From Octopus vulgaris (taxonomy: Eukaryota): a stretch of DNA of 64,000 nucleotides. Every line of letters begins with the position of its first letter. Position 1 is the stretch's first letter. Below are positions 63,012 to 64,000 of the stretch, piece by piece. The stretch lies in the NCBI GenBank assembly GCA_951406725.2, contig OX597820.1:31248001-31312000 (forward strand), in the 5' to 3' direction. The notes under the pieces were generated by a model. That model was not told the DNA's origin. It searched no databases and worked only from the letters and a program-made list of their open reading frames with translations. The position numbers and the translations under genes were made by a program.

Positions 63012-64000
63012 TGAACACGATGCATAGATGACTCTCTCTCTCTCTTATATGAATTGCAGTCAAGAAGTGTGCTGGAAGACATGAAACATAAAAGGGATGA
63101 GCTCAGTAGAAAGTTCTACATTTCTCTCCCATACCTAATGCAGTTACATGAAGGCCATCAAACCTCAAACAGACTAGCATGCAGAATCCAATCCATGCTC
63201 TAGTAATAACATGAAAAACATAATTAGTATATTAAGCTTTATATAACGCACACATGCTTCAGTAAAACGCCCAGTAATATTACATAAGGCAACTTAGCCA
63301 GATACAGTCAATTCATCTCCTCAGCATTCACAGTGAAAAATATGTGCAAGCGCATGTTGCTCAAATGCAAACAAAACTCTAAATACGGGTTTCAAATTTT
63401 GGGCACAAGGCCAGCAATTTCGGTGAGAGGGTAAGTTGATTAAACCAATCCCATTGGTCAACTGGTAGTTATTTTATCGACCCTGAAAGGGATAAAAGGC
63501 AAAGTCAACCTCAGCTGAATTTGAACTCGCAACATAAAATTGGATGAAATGCCACTAAGCATTTTGTCAGGTATGCTAACGATTCTGCTGGCTCACCATC
63601 TCAAACAAAGCTATAAATATTAGCTCATAATACATACTGAGTAAAACACACCCCTTAAATGGAAAAAAAAACTAGATCCATCGTTTTCTATTTGAGGTAA
63701 ATTTAGCCAACATATGAGCTAATATTTATACCTTCACTAGAACTTAAGCAGCTCTTTTTAATAGATATTTTTAATTTTCAAAGCTTCAAATGAACCAAAA
63801 CAAATTTTATACACACACACACATACACTCACATATATAAACACACACAAACACGTACAGCTTCCCAACCATGTGGTTTTGATTTCAGCCTGAGTAAATC
63901 TGGTGGACAAAAATTGAAAGAACAGTATGCGAGATGGTATTATTGTTTCTCCTGTCAAAAATATCATGCAGGCCTTTAGTGCCTTCAAAGTCATGTGGAA

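Overview
AT-rich, repeat-dense eukaryotic DNA with no long ORF. The tRNA-headed SINE families, abundant (TA)n/(CA)n/(GA)n microsatellites and overall CpG depletion look like an octopus (coleoid cephalopod) intronic or intergenic region; this is inferred from recognising the repeats, not from a database search. Nearly all ORFs in the supplied track are microsatellite or SINE artefacts, or decayed transposon fragments. Supported content: five interspersed short repeat families, RTE/CR1/Jockey-type LINE fragments, one full-length decayed mariner with TIRs, further Tc1/mariner remnants and MITEs, piggyBac-type TTAA MITEs (one nested in another), a non-autonomous Helitron and several minisatellites. 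A CpG-retaining island at about 12.1-14.2 kb contains a minus-strand splice donor and is a probable promoter and first exon. A few weak minus-strand exon candidates exist but no protein could be named. The most notable non-obvious signals are three type I hammerhead-ribozyme-like motifs in unrelated flanks (probably Penelope-like or retrozyme elements), a cluster of fold-back structures at 21.1-22.2 kb, a perfect 32-bp palindrome apparently built by template switching, and a homeodomain/POU/Fox motif cluster at 45.1 kb. I found no evidence for a novel protein-coding system.
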